Positions 36,801 to 48,300 of a DNA stretch of 64,000 bases are shown piece by piece (position 1 is the stretch's first letter; every line of letters begins with the position of its first letter). Source of the DNA: Salinivirgaceae bacterium (GTDB lineage Bacteria; Bacteroidota; Bacteroidia; Bacteroidales; SZUA-534); the NCBI GenBank assembly GCA_017551905.1, contig JAFZKK010000161.1, positions 64,599-128,598 on the forward strand, given 5' to 3'. The notes beneath the pieces were generated by a model that saw only the letters and a list, made by a program, of their open reading frames with translations, had not been told where the DNA came from and searched no databases. Position numbers and translations under genes: made by a program.

Positions 36801-38527
36801 ATTATCGGGTCGGAATCGATGCTGTAAACCTCAACCTTGTCGGCAATCTCCTGCGTGTTGGCCAGCACTTCCGGAATGTCGGCAAAGATAGCGGCCATCT
36901 CCTCGGGTGTTTTCAGCCACTCTTGCTTGGTGTAGTGCATGCGGTCGGGGTCGTTGAAATCTTTGCCGGTGCTGAGGCAGATAAGGCGGTCGTGCGCCTC
37001 GCCGTGGTCTTCCTCGACAAAGTGCACGTCGTTGGTGGCTATCAGCTTGATGTTGTGCTTGCGCGCCAGCTCAATCAGCACCTTGTTCACCTCCTGCTGC
37101 TTTACAAATGTTGTTTGGTCGGCATTGGGTTTGTTGGTCTGATGGCGTTGCATCTCAAGGTAATAGTCATCGCCAAACAGGATTTTGAACCACAAAACAG
37201 ATTTTTCAGCGCTTTCCAAGTTGCCGCTCATTATTTTTTGCGGCACCTCGCCACCGAGGCAGGCCGAGCAACAGATTATTCCTTCGTGATATTGTTCCAG
37301 CAACTCGTGGTCGATGCGGGCGTTGTAGTAGTAGCCCTCGGTGAAGGCCTTAGAGCTGAGTTTGCACAGATTTTGGTAGCCTTTCTTGTTCTTTGCCAGC
37401 AAGATAAGGTGCCAACCGCGAGTGTCTTTCACAAAACGCGACTCGTGGGCGCAGTAGGCCTCGATGCCGATAATCGGCTTGAACGGCACAAAGGCGTCGG
37501 CTTTGGCTTTCAGCTCGGCAAGTTCCTTTTCCAGCTCGGCTTTCTTGGCCTCGTCGGTCTCCTTGTCAATCTTCTCCTGACACTCCTTAACTTTCTTTTT
37601 TGGCGCTCCGTTCACCTTGCCCGATGTATCAATCAAATCTTTGATACCGAACATGTTGCCGTGGTCGGTAAGGGCCATGGCGTGCATGTTGTTGCGCATG
37701 CACTTGTCAATCAGGTCGGGCACTTTCGACATTCCGTCGAGAATAGAGTAGTGAGAGTGGACGTGCAGGTGAGTGAAGGTAATATTTTTTAAATCAACAG
37801 GTTGTGGCGCGGAAGTTGGCTCTTCAGCCGGTTTGTCGGGTTCCGGCTCAAGAGGAGGGAACGGTTCAAACTCAACCTTCTCCGGCTCAAAAGGCGCCGG
37901 GTTGCAGCGTTTAAACTCCTCAAGTTCGGCCTCGCTGATATTCAGTTGGTCGGCTTTGATGGCGCCAACACGCACCAATTCAAGGAAACAGCGAGAGGTT
38001 GCTACAACATCGCCGGCGGCGTTATGGGCGTCTTCAAACGGCATGCCGAAGAGTTTTTGGTGCAACTCGGTTAGATTTGGCCATTTGATTCGGCCTTTTT
38101 CAATAATACCGCAGAAATCGGTCGAGCTCTCCTTGGTGCACAGTTTTTTAGCCGACTCCAACACGTTTTCCATTCCGCAACGCAGAAACTCGCAGCCGAC
38201 AATGCTCAGGTCGAACGAAATGTTATGACCGACCACAAGAGTCGCTTTTTGCACATCGTCGGCAAACTCGCGCAGCACTGTCTTCAAATCTTCGCCTATC
38301 TCAAGCGCTTTTTCGGTGGTTATGTGATGCACCTTGCGGGCGACATGCTCGGGTATGACGAATCCTTCAGGCTTGATAACGTGGTTTTTAGCAAACAAAA
38401 ACTTCCCGTTCAAGTCGTGGCATTGCCAGGCCAGTTGCACAAGCCGAGGCCAGTTTTCGAAGTTGGTCAATGGCGCCTTATAATCGACAGGCAGCCCAGT
38501 TGTCTCAGTGTCAAAGATTAAGAACAT
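33815..38527 (-). CDS. dnaE: DNA polymerase III alpha subunit with N-terminal DEDDh (DnaQ/epsilon-like) 3'-5' exonuclease fusion
   Basis: 1570 aa. Residues 1-~195 carry Exo I FDTETTG, Exo II VGHNISFDLSIV and Exo III HNAAGDVVATSRCF. A P/E-rich linker follows. The PHP domain then starts at FTHLHVHSHYSILDG, followed by the polymerase core (DIDVDF, GLIKMDFLGL), HhH and OB regions. Confidence 0.9.
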   Translation of the reverse strand: MFLIFDTETTGLPVDYKAPLTNFENWPRLVQLAWQCHDLNGKFLFAKNHVIKPEGFVIPEHVARKVHHITTEKALEIGEDLKTVLREFADDVQKATLVVGHNISFDLSIVGCEFLRCGMENVLESAKKLCTKESSTDFCGIIEKGRIKWPNLTELHQKLFGMPFEDAHNAAGDVVATSRCFLELVRVGAIKADQLNISEAELEEFKRCNPAPFEPEKVEFEPFPPLEPEPDKPAEEPTSAPQPVDLKNITFTHLHVHSHYSILDGMSKVPDLIDKCMRNNMHAMALTDHGNMFGIKDLIDTSGKVNGAPKKKVKECQEKIDKETDEAKKAELEKELAELKAKADAFVPFKPIIGIEAYCAHESRFVKDTRGWHLILLAKNKKGYQNLCKLSSKAFTEGYYYNARIDHELLEQYHEGIICCSACLGGEVPQKIMSGNLESAEKSVLWFKILFGDDYYLEMQRHQTNKPNADQTTFVKQQEVNKVLIELARKHNIKLIATNDVHFVEEDHGEAHDRLICLSTGKDFNDPDRMHYTKQEWLKTPEEMAAIFADIPEVLANTQEIADKVEVYSIDSDPIMPKFPIPEDFGTEEEYRKKISEQELYDEFTSILDDQGNKKQMSPEEAEKKIKKLGDYDKLYRIKLEADYLAKLTWDGAHKRYGDTLTKEQTDRITFELHIMKTMGFPGYFLIVQDYIRAAREELGVSVGPGRGSAAGSVVAYCLRITDLDPLKYDLLFERFLNPDRISLPDIDVDFDDEGRGKVLDWVTQKYGAEKVAHIITYGTMAAKSSIADVCRVQKIPLNISNEIKKLIPEREFTEGQVKAVEKELPKKMPKVNLKNTYKYVQEFREQLMKGNDTEKIKLGEFAEEIPSVLKYAEELEDTNRQIGIHACGVIIGADDLTNFAPVCTVKDRKTNQDVVVTQYDGHVVESVGLIKMDFLGLSTLSLIKEAIRNVKKTHGIDVDIDHIPIDDKLTYKLYSEGRTIGTFQFESPGMRKYLCELQPTQITDLIAMNALYRPGPMDYIPQFIARKQGREPITYDIPVMETYLKDTYGVTVYQEQVMLLSRLLANFTRGEADTLRKAMGKKIAAMLAMLKPKFIEGGKKNGHDETILLKIWADWEKFASYAFNKSHAACYAWVAYQTGYLKAHYPAEYMAALLTQSKDSISDVKKFMEECKVMKINVMGPDVNESELNFIANKKGDIRFGLGGIKGVGTAAVESIVNERQKNGKFKDIFDFVERINLTACNSKTIQSLAFAGAFDNLGVKREIFMGESNEDRFLDALMRYGNNCQADKQNNTNTLFGSMSDSIAIPHPHIPDLPDMPLLEKLNLEKEHVGIFLSGHPLDNVKFELEHFCNISPVDLEQLEQYKGREVSFGGLVTEVNETTTKTGKPCMNFTVEDYIGGRKIWLFGKDYEAFGKNVKKDQSIYVKARIEERQFPDKEGKRPLDIHITTIRLLTNIREDFVRKLCIVINVNNISKNLVDTFDKAFKEKGNVTLNFKIYDEEKNLTVNLLASKKAIKITDNVVDFLENSSDVFSYAINDGQYTRHRIELENATEEEEKENTIMQDEPDVNA

Positions 38528-38697
38528 AGCGGAATCTGTTTTTTTGAGTTTCTAAATATAGAGGTTTGACAATTGGAAAAAACCGATGTTGATAAGTTTT
38601 AAGTTGAACGCAATAATAACGGCAACCTATGCGAGATTGCAGCAGAGGTTTGAAAAATTTTTCAGAAAAAATGAAAAAAAGTGAAAAATGAGCCGTT

Positions 38698-41004
38698 TTA
38701 CTCCGTTCCGCGGCGGTTGAACAGCAGAAATCCCAGATTGATTTGAACGCGCAGCGGTTCTTCCTCTTTGTAGTAATAGCTGCCTGTCAAGGCAAGCGGA
38801 CCAATGGGAGTGTGCCAGACAAAAGCCTCCTGGGCCATGAAGCGCGGCTGCGGCAACATCTCGCTGTAGGTGGTCAGGTAGTTGGTTGTCAGTATGTATT
38901 CGTATGGTTGGAAGACGTGGAACTCCGACCTCAGCTGGACTTTTTCGCCTATGTTGAATATCGGCATTACACCAACGCCTATCCATTTGTTGGCGCGGTA
39001 TTTCTCAAGTATTTGCGACTGGCTCTGCGGGAACGGGTTGAACACCTCGGCCGCCAGCAGAGTGGCTATACTGTTGGCAAACTGCGGCTTGTTGTTGTAG
39101 TTGAACATTATCTGATAGCCAAGCGAGAACGATTTGGCAAAAGTCAGATACTGCGTGTGCTGCAGCTTGAGATTCACCCATTGATGACTGAACGAGCCAT
39201 CTTCGGCGTTGAACGGCATTGCCGTTGTGCCGGGCGTGTAGTATTCGGTTCCGGTGATGTAGCTGGCCTGGGCGCCAAAATGCATTCCCTTGTTGGCGTA
39301 TTGCCGGTAGTTCAGCGTGTTATACTCCAGATTCAGTTTGGTGTCGAAATAGCGCATCTCTGTAGCGTCGGCGTTGTCGCTCTTGGTTATTGACACCACG
39401 TGGAAATACTCGTAATAGTCGGAGCCGTAGGCGATGCCCAGCGTGGCGATGCCGCGGTTACCCATGGCGGTGCCAATGTCGAGGCCAACATACTTGTCGG
39501 AGTTGTAAACCTGCGACAAATCTTCGTTGTCGAAGAAAATCTCGTTGGTCGATTTGAAGTAGTTCCAACGGTTATAGGCCGTGCGGAAATCGACAAACAG
39601 TGCCGGAAGCGATGTCAGTATTGTCTGTGGCGACATATCGACGCGGAACTGTGCGTTGGCCGAGCTGTAGAACTGCCCCGCCGTGATGCTTGCCGACGCC
39701 GTGTAGATGTAGCGGTGCATAAAATGGTAATCGACGCCAATCTGTCCGAAGCTGCGGTTGCCCGAAGCCAGGTTGCCGCCGAATTTCATTGTCAGCAGAT
39801 TCTTCGCCTTAGCCGTCAGAAAAATCTTGAAATGGTGCGATGTGGTGTCGTAGAAAGCTTGCGGATACATTGATGTCAGCACTTTGTCCGATGTCAGGCC
39901 GAAATAGCCTTTCTCAAGGTCGCTGAAGCTGAAGGTGTCGCGGTTGTGGTTGATGCTGCGCTTGATGTATTTCGACGCGTACATATCGACACCATCGACC
40001 ACCACATCGTCGAAAACCATACGGCCGCTATTCTTTTTGAACTCATTGCGACGGGCTGACATCTCATCTGGAGCAACGCGCCGCTGAACCAACGTTTTTA
40101 TAGTGTCCATCTTGGCCATTGTCGCCTCATAGCCAATGGGTTGAATCTCGCCAATCTTGTCGAAATCCATCATTCCGAAGTGGCTCACCTTTGGCGACAC
40201 CAAAACACCGTTGCCCGACACTTTCAGGTTCGACTGTTTCATAAAAACGTTCATCAGCATCAGATAGACATCGTCGGAATTTGGCGTTTTCGGGTTCTCG
40301 GCCACATTACAGCCGATGATGACATCGGGGTGGTAGAGGCTGTCGAGAATGTCGGTGGGGAAGTTGTTCTGCATTCCGCCGTCGAAGAGTAGCACGCTGT
40401 CGTCGACCATCACCGGCTTGAAGTAGCCCGGGAAAGTCATCGAGGCGCGGACGGCCTGCCCCAGATTGCCTTTGGTGAAGACATACGGCCGGTTGTTGTG
40501 CACGTCGGACGCCACGCAGAAGAACGGCACAAAAAGCTTGTTGAAGTCGTATTGCGCGTGCGCGGCGCCGTTGGAGTATATCTGCATAAAGCGGAAATCC
40601 ATCTGCATTGGCGATATGAGGCTTGTTGGCAGAAGGGCGCTCAGCGAATTCTCCTTGTTTTCGAAATCGATGCTGATAAGGTCGGCGTCGAATGAGCGCG
40701 TCTTGTAATATACCTGGTCCTCAATCGGTATCTGCCCGCTTGACCAGTAGAGAAAATCCTCGGAGCTGAGCAACGCGGCCATCTCGTCGGGCGAATAGCC
40801 AATGGCATAGAGCGAGCCTACAATGGCGCCCATCGATGTTCCGCAGATGTAGTCGATTGGTATATTGTTGTCTTCCAATGCTTTGAGCAAGCCTATATGA
40901 GCCAATCCTTTAGCCCCGCCGCCGCTAAGCACAACGCCAACCGACTGAGCTTCGGCTCTGCCAAAAAGCAATGCGAGTATCAAACAAAACACCAACCGTT
41001 TCAT
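38698..41004 (-). CDS. patatin-like phospholipase fused to a C-terminal outer-membrane beta-barrel (PlpD-like architecture)
   Basis: Signal peptide MKRLVFCLILALLFGRAEAQ. Patatin motifs GVVLSGGGAKG, GTSMG (GxSxG) and FDGG (DGA/G). About 450 C-terminal residues are Y/G/N-rich beta-strand sequence ending ...LLFNRRGTE. I prefer ATG 41004 over the TTG at 41019. Confidence 0.8.
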   Translation of the reverse strand: MKRLVFCLILALLFGRAEAQSVGVVLSGGGAKGLAHIGLLKALEDNNIPIDYICGTSMGAIVGSLYAIGYSPDEMAALLSSEDFLYWSSGQIPIEDQVYYKTRSFDADLISIDFENKENSLSALLPTSLISPMQMDFRFMQIYSNGAAHAQYDFNKLFVPFFCVASDVHNNRPYVFTKGNLGQAVRASMTFPGYFKPVMVDDSVLLFDGGMQNNFPTDILDSLYHPDVIIGCNVAENPKTPNSDDVYLMLMNVFMKQSNLKVSGNGVLVSPKVSHFGMMDFDKIGEIQPIGYEATMAKMDTIKTLVQRRVAPDEMSARRNEFKKNSGRMVFDDVVVDGVDMYASKYIKRSINHNRDTFSFSDLEKGYFGLTSDKVLTSMYPQAFYDTTSHHFKIFLTAKAKNLLTMKFGGNLASGNRSFGQIGVDYHFMHRYIYTASASITAGQFYSSANAQFRVDMSPQTILTSLPALFVDFRTAYNRWNYFKSTNEIFFDNEDLSQVYNSDKYVGLDIGTAMGNRGIATLGIAYGSDYYEYFHVVSITKSDNADATEMRYFDTKLNLEYNTLNYRQYANKGMHFGAQASYITGTEYYTPGTTAMPFNAEDGSFSHQWVNLKLQHTQYLTFAKSFSLGYQIMFNYNNKPQFANSIATLLAAEVFNPFPQSQSQILEKYRANKWIGVGVMPIFNIGEKVQLRSEFHVFQPYEYILTTNYLTTYSEMLPQPRFMAQEAFVWHTPIGPLALTGSYYYKEEEPLRVQINLGFLLFNRRGTE

Positions 41005-41040
41005 ATTGGCAAATATCAAAAATTATTCGGTCATGCGGCT

Positions 41041-42183
41041 TCACCTGTCGGCTTTAGTGCGCAGCGCCTGGCCTATCTTGAAGATAGTGTCGCAGAAGAC
41101 GATTTTTCCGCTGGCGTTGCGCGATATGTGATAGTAGGCCTTGTCGAGCTCCTTGGCTATTGTGAGCGCACTCTGCGGATGAATGAACGGCGAGAATTTC
41201 TGCGCAAACTCGCCTTCCTCGGCCGTGAAGCGCGCCATATCGGGCAGATGGCGGTTCATTATCAGATTCTCGCGCACCATGCGCTCGCTGTAGGTCAGGA
41301 ACGATTTCTGTTGCTCGCGGTTGATTTTGCCCAACTCATCGGCCAGACGAACCATATCCTGAATCTTAAACGAGTAGCTTGTCCGCATCAGTTTTTTGAA
41401 CAGCTCGAAGTTCTGCAGCAAATCGGCCGACGAGCTGCCGTACTGCATGGCGCGGTTGAAGTCGCCCTCACTTATGCGTGCCAGCGACTCGGCGTCGGTG
41501 CGGCTGATGTTGAGGGCGCGTTGCAGGCCGTCGGTAAGCTCGCTGTCGCCAATGCGCGACACCTTGACAAGCTGCGTGCGCGACAGTATGGTTGGCAGAA
41601 TGAACTCCGTGCTCTCGGCAACCAGAAGGAATAGCGTCTTTGGGTACGGCTCCTCGATGAGCTTGAGCAACCGGTTGGCCGCGTCGCCGTTCATCTTCTC
41701 GGGCTGCCAGATAATCATTATCTTGTATTCGGCATTAAACGACTTCATCGACATCTGGCGGATAATCTCGGAACTCTCCTCAACTCTTATCACGCCTTGC
41801 GAGTTTTTGCCATCGTTCACAAAATCAATCCATTGCTGATAGCTGCCATACGGGTTCTGCAACAGAAACTCGGTCCATTTGTCCATATATGTGGCGCTTA
41901 TCGGCTTAATGCTTGTGCTGCCTGTGGGCGGAACGGGAAAGACGAAATGCACATCGGGGAACGACAGTTTTGAAATCTGTCGGCAGCTGGGGCACTCGCC
42001 GCACGAGTCGGTGTCGGTGCGGTGCTGGCAGTTGATGTACTGCGCATAGGCCAGCGCCAGAGGCAACGTGCCATATCCCGACCGCCCCAAAATGAGCTGA
42101 GCGTGGCTTATGCGGTTCTCCTTGACGCTGTTTATCAGGTGTTGCTTGACGTTTTCCTGTCCTATGATGTCGGCAAATCTCAT
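41041..42183 (-). CDS. holB: DNA polymerase III delta' subunit
   Basis: Start at ATG 42183 (MRFADIIGQENVKQHL...). AAA+ P-loop-like GRSGYGTLPLALAYAQYINC, zinc module C..C..C and SRTQ sensor motif (ILSRTQLV). The track's 32-aa N-terminal extension is unlikely to be real. Confidence 0.8.
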   Translation of the reverse strand: MRFADIIGQENVKQHLINSVKENRISHAQLILGRSGYGTLPLALAYAQYINCQHRTDTDSCGECPSCRQISKLSFPDVHFVFPVPPTGSTSIKPISATYMDKWTEFLLQNPYGSYQQWIDFVNDGKNSQGVIRVEESSEIIRQMSMKSFNAEYKIMIIWQPEKMNGDAANRLLKLIEEPYPKTLFLLVAESTEFILPTILSRTQLVKVSRIGDSELTDGLQRALNISRTDAESLARISEGDFNRAMQYGSSSADLLQNFELFKKLMRTSYSFKIQDMVRLADELGKINREQQKSFLTYSERMVRENLIMNRHLPDMARFTAEEGEFAQKFSPFIHPQSALTIAKELDKAYYHISRNASGKIVFCDTIFKIGQALRTKADR

Positions 42184-42279
42184 AATGCTTTTGTTGTATG
42201 ACAAAGAAAAAACAATATTGTCCAAAAAACAAAAAATTGATGTGGGAGTTGGGCGATTTGAACGATGCAATGTTTGCAC

Positions 42280-42320
42280 AAAAAAACCACCCTCCGCGGT
42301 TTGTGTTGCGCGGAGGGTGG
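42280..42320 (-). terminator. intrinsic terminator of giant gene A
   Basis: The minus strand reads CCACCCTCCGCG-caacacaaa-CGCGGAGGGTGG followed by TTTTTTT. Near-identical copies sit at 49573-49612 and 55214-55253. Confidence 0.85.
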
Positions 42321-42343
42321 TTAACGATATTTTTGCAGATTAA

Positions 42344-45300
42344 CTATTTCACTTCATACACAAGGCGGACTGACGCACCATAATTTTTAAACCAAGCATT
42401 ACAATCTGAAGAAATCGCATCAATTTGAAGCATATATGCATTATCAGTGTCACTATTAGTATTTGACCAATAATAGCCAAAATGGTCCACACTGCTCGGT
42501 CCGTCACCTAAATTGCGCACACTTGCCGCAGGAATAAACACAGCTCCTGCTTGTTCCATTTTTTCCCAATCTGAGACTGAATAATTAATTTTTCCTGTGG
42601 AATAATCTGCATAGTTATTCGGTGCAGAAATTTGTTGCCTTCCAGGAATAAAATCAACATCATCGGGTTTAACCCAATTGTCGGGCAGAAGAATCCAACC
42701 ATTAACATCATTTACCTTGGCAATGCCTGATTTTGACTCCCTGCAAAACAGATAACACCATTCAGATGATGAGAGCGTTCTCCATTGGTTACCAGTGTTA
42801 CCTCCGTTGATTATGGGGTTGGTTCCCCAATCGGTGAATGTTTGATAATAACTATTATCTGTGCTGCTTTCTGTTGGATTGTTGCCCGTGCCCCAGCCAA
42901 ATAAATCTATCCAACCATTATAAGTTGGACTGATGTTGCTATTATTAGCACCGATTATTTCATATTGTTGTGAGGCAAATTGCCATTGGTTGTTGACCGC
43001 ATGATACTGCAAATTACCCTTTGAGAAGTAGATTTGCTTGTCGGCACTTATGCTGAATTTGGCGTTAATTGCGCCGATTACAGAAACCAAGTAGCCTGTA
43101 GAACCTATTACCCAAACCTTTTCATTGTTTTCCTGCTTTACCTCAAACTTGCCGTACTGCGAAGAAACAAAATCACCGTTGAGCACTTGTGTTGTTTCGG
43201 TATAACTTGGAGGCGTAATAGTTGCCGCACAGGTAATGTTGCTGTCGAAGGCGCTGGTGATGGTGATTGTCTTATTTGCATCAAGTTTCACATCGTTATC
43301 AGCAGAAATCTGTGCGCTGCCGCCCATGTTGAAAGTGCCATCATTTTCTTTATTACAATGATAAATAGCGTTTCCAACTCCAGTAGCGGTATTTCCACTT
43401 ATTGTGCCGCCTGTAATAGTAATAGTATTGTAATTGTTTATGGCTCCACCATTACCATTAGTTGCCTTATTGCCGCTCAAAGTGCCGCCCAGCATGGTAA
43501 ATGTATCATCGTTATGGATTGCGCCACCAGTGTTGCCTGCGGTGTTGTTTATTATATCGCCTCCTTTAAGGATAAATTCACCCTGTGTAATATAAACACA
43601 ACCGCCAAAGCCATCAGTACCAGAAGTAGCTGTAACCTTATTATCACTTATAGTGCCAGACTCCATAGTGAATACAGACCTTCCTGTTCCATTACAAAAC
43701 ATAATTGCACCTCCATACCTGTAAGCAGTATTGCTCTTTATCTCTCCGCCATTGAGAGTGACACTTGCATCGTTAATAAGAGCAAGTCCGCCTCCTCTTT
43801 CGTTTGCAGTATTACTTGATATTACAGCACCGCTATTGATAGTTACACTTCCGCCATTTGTAAAAAGTCCGGCTCCTCCTTGATTGGCCCCCGCGTCATT
43901 TGAGCTGTTTCCTGTTATCAATGTCCCATAATCAAGCGTTAAAGTGCCTCCATTGTTGCGGATACCGCCGCCTTGCGAAGAGCGACCTCCAGTAATCTGC
44001 AATTTTTCAATCACAATAGGTGTTGTTGTATTGTTGATTGTAAGCACTACGCCGTTATTACTACCCTTGAGCTTATCTTGCGGAACACCGTTTTGCAAAT
44101 CATTTTTTCCTTTCAGAGTCAGCTTTTGAGCCACCACCGACGAGCCGACTTCCTGCAAGCCGGTAAGTTCTCCGTCAATAACAATGGTGTATTCAAAGTT
44201 GCTTTTTGTCACTTGCTCTAAGGCTTTGCTAAGTGTGGCATACGGCTTATCGGCTGAGCCTGTGCCGGTTTCATCGTTGCCAGATGTGCTATTTACGTAG
44301 AGCGAAGGATGCCACTTGGCATATAGATAAATATTGGTTTTCGTTACAGGCTGGCTGCAATCGAACGGATTTTCAAAATTACTATCGGTGTACCAACCAC
44401 CAAAGTTATAGCCTTCTTTGGTTGGAGTGTATGGCTGCAAATAGTAGCCTTTCCACACCGATTGAGTTGATGATATCGCATTTACCGAATTTGCCAAATA
44501 TTTGACATAGCATATATCGCTTGAAATAGCTGTGCGGACTACGCGGAAACCGTAACGGTCGAGATGACTCTGATTATCATCTGAAAAATACACACTACAT
44601 TCGGCATCGTGGTCGTCGTTTGCAAACGAGCCACCACGCAGAACGCGTACTGAGTCGGGGGTTGGCATTGGACCGGTTGCGCCAGTCAAAGTATCAATTA
44701 TTCCAAACCAATCCCAGCACCACTCCCAAACGTTGCCGCTCATATCGTAGATGCCAAGGATGTTGGCCTTAGGTCTTGTTTTTACTTCGTGTGTTGTTCC
44801 ACTACTGTTGCCATCATGCCAAGCAACATCGTCCAGTTTGTCGCTGCCGCTGAATTTGAAAGTTGAAAAATTGCTACCTTCACGGGCAATGTACTCCCAT
44901 TCGGCCTCGGTGGGCAGACGGTAGCCGTTGGCTTCAAAGTCACATTCAACAGTGGCATTTTTGGATGGTGTCCAGTCGGTTGGGTTTTTACTGCCATTAA
45001 CCTTGTAGCACTGAGTTAGTCCTTCGGCATTGCTCCGGGTGTTGCAATATGCAAGAGCATCGAACCAACTTACATTTTCCACAGGATAGTTACCCGTTTC
45101 GTCAGATTTGTTCTGGCTTGGATTTACACCCATAACCGCCACATACTCATTTTGTGTAACCTCATGGTCGCTGACAAGCAGATTTTGAATGGCAATTTTG
45201 CGTTGGCCAATGAACACTTTTGAGTTTTCGACAGTGTCGGGGCTGTTGAAATATGCTCCCTGAACTTCTACAAAGCCGTCAGGGTGAATGAAGCCGTCTT

Positions 45301-48300
45301 CACCGATAGTCCATGTTGTTGTGGATTGTTGCGTCAAATCAAACTTCTGATATACATCGGCAAGCGACACGTTGTTTTCAACAGCAAGCACAGGTTTGTT
45401 GGTTCCGTAATTCTGCGGTGTGATTTTTGCCACCGTGCCAGTGTGTGTCAGCGGACCGGCAATGATTATTTGGGCTTGAGATACAGCAAATTCATCATTT
45501 CTTGTCATATCGTCATAGCCCAAAAGAACCTCGTTGTTTTGGTCAACAACAGCATTGCCGCTCATTTTGAAAATGCCTGCTCCCGGATGCAGTTTATAAT
45601 CACCATTGCAACCATAAACCACACCAGCAAACGGGTACACACCGTATGAAGCAGAAGAACCAGTCTCGTCCTTGTTATCACTAATTGTGCCGCCACGCAT
45701 ATCAAATTCACCAAAACTTGAGCAAGAAGAGCCATAAATGTAAACACCGCCGCCCTTGTTGTTCGATATGCTACCTGCGTTCATTATGAATTTTGAACCT
45801 TCTTTCATATAAACGCCACCACCATTATAACCGTTTCCGACTTTTATGGCATTATGGCTAATCTCTCCACCATTCATTGTGAATGTGGCATTTTGAACAT
45901 ACACGCCACCACCGCCATTAGAGCCGCCTTGACAATAGGAGATTGAGCTATTACCATTCATTTCAAAGCTGCCACCTTCCATATATACACCACCGCTGTA
46001 GAAGCTTGCCGAACAATTGTTAATCTTTGCGTTCTCGTTCATGGTTATATTTCCGTCGGATTCTACACAAATACCGCTGGATACAGAACAGTTCTCTATT
46101 GACGATGAGCCATTCATTATAAGTGTTCCAGAAACATAGGCACCTCCAACTTTCCAATTGTTGATTTTTGAATCATTCATTGTAAGTGTTCCGTAGACAC
46201 AAACAGCACCTTTATAGGAGGTTCCTGATTTAGAAACATTTGTTCCATCTATTGTCACATTTGAAAGTGTTACATTAGCGCTATAGCCAACTTTTAAAGC
46301 CATACCTTCACTCCCGTATACATCGTATGTTGGACGAATTGTAAAGTCTTTTAGCTCCATAGGAATATTTGTGTTTATATCAAGCAACGATATAACATAA
46401 GAGGCACTTCCTATACCATTTTCGCCTTCTTCAGCCCCTTGCAATGTCAAAGAATATGCAGGGAAAGGATTTTCCACATATGTTTCATTTTCATAATCAT
46501 AATAAGATTCATCGTCAATAGAAATAGCCTCATTCGGCATTCCTTTAACAATAATTGTGTATCTTAAAGAGTTGTTATTCAGTTCTTTAATCTTGTCGAT
46601 AGCATGGCCAATTGTTGCAAATGGTTTTTCTTCAGAGCCATCGGTTTGGTCTGTTTCAGTTGCTTCGGTATCAACATAGATGTTAGTATGCGAGCCAAAA
46701 ATGGCTTTATAGGTTAAATTGTCAGTAACGCGTACAATGTGTTCTTGTTCGATGTTGCCGTCGCTCCAACTGATAAAGAATTGTCCTTCGGTTGGTGTGG
46801 CTTTTAGTGTTATGCTGTCGCCATATTTGTATCCGGCTTTTGCATTAACCACTTCGGCCGTGCCCCACTCTGGCTTGTTTGCTTCAACGCTTACAGTAAG
46901 ATTGTTGAAGTTGTCAAACATTGCATCAATCTCGGCAAGTGTGCGCTTGCGGAACTCGCCGGTGTAATAGAAGGCTTCCTTTTCGGTTTTCACCGTATCG
47001 TATATTTCATAATATTCACCGTTATCGTCATAGTCATAATCCACATAGAACCCATATTCTCCATTTTCTTTTGCCAAAATGTTTGCTTCATTCACGCAAG
47101 TGTCGAGCAAGATGTAGCCTTCTTCTTCGCCCATCCATTCCATCTCATTCAAATTCTTGGCAATGCTGAGGCCGTTACTTGAAACGCCATAAGTTGAATC
47201 AATCAAACTGTTGAATGTGGCAAGGCGGCTTTTGAAAATGTCGTTGTCATATATTGCGGTTACCACATTCTGTTGGCTCTGCATAACATCCCAGGTTTCG
47301 TTTTCTTCCTCTTGATAATAAGTGTTCACACCATTTTCGAAGTTCACTTTATAACCAGCCTGTCGCAGTTCGCTTTCCAGAATCACAAGCAGGTCCTTGC
47401 CGTCCCATTTTTGTGGCGTGTAGTCTTCTTTATAATCGGAATCCCATTGGTAAATTGTCTGCAACGATGCATCATAGTAATCTCTCTTAATGTATGTTGA
47501 ATCGCTGTAGATATAGCCATCGACCAACCAATAGGTGCGGTACTCATAGTAGTCCCAGTCAAAATAGTTTTTTAAATAGAGATACTCGTTGTTGCCACGA
47601 TGATAATATGTATACGATATATCTACACTGTAATCATCTCCTTCTTCGTCAAGAAAAGACAACCCGATTCTTCCCTTTGCATAAACCTTGTCGGCCTTAG
47701 TGTCGTCGGGCAATTTCTCAACCACGCCGGAGGTAGTCTGCACTTGCTCCTCAACGTAGGTGTTCATCTTAACGATGGTGCTGTCGCGGTTAACCACAAG
47801 CAAATCAGTGTTTTGTTTCTTGCCTACAACAGCGAAGGCCGAAGCAAGTGTCGGTGTTGTAACCTCGCCTGAAACAGTGTCAACCGTAGGCACATCGTTC
47901 ACATAGATGCGGGTGCTGTCTTTTGTGATTACAAAGAAGTTGCTATTGGTCTTCTGAGCCGTGCGGCCAGCCACGGCAAAGGTGCTTTTGGCGGCTTTTG
48001 AGTCGTCCCACTCGTCAATATAGATGAGTGTTCCGCTACCGTCAACTACAAAGGCTGTCTGCACATCTTTGGCGCTGCGTCCGGCCACGGCAAAACGGCT
48101 CTTGGCGGCTTTATCGTTTTGGTTATAGTCATCGTTTTTGTTATCGTTATCTATATCAATGTAGAATGTTGCCTGGTCGCCGTCGATGGTCAGAGCATCC
48201 TCGGCACCTTTAGCGCTGCGCCCTGCCACGGCAAAGCGGCTCTTGGCGGCCTTGTCAGTGTTAAAGTCAACATATACGGTTGAGCCGTCACCATCGATAG

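Noticed and set aside
44533-45290. A diversity-generating retroelement acting on the SUMF1/CLec domains.
   Set aside because: No reverse transcriptase, accessory gene or template repeat is present anywhere in the 64 kb. This is kept only as a low-confidence hypothesis in the findings.
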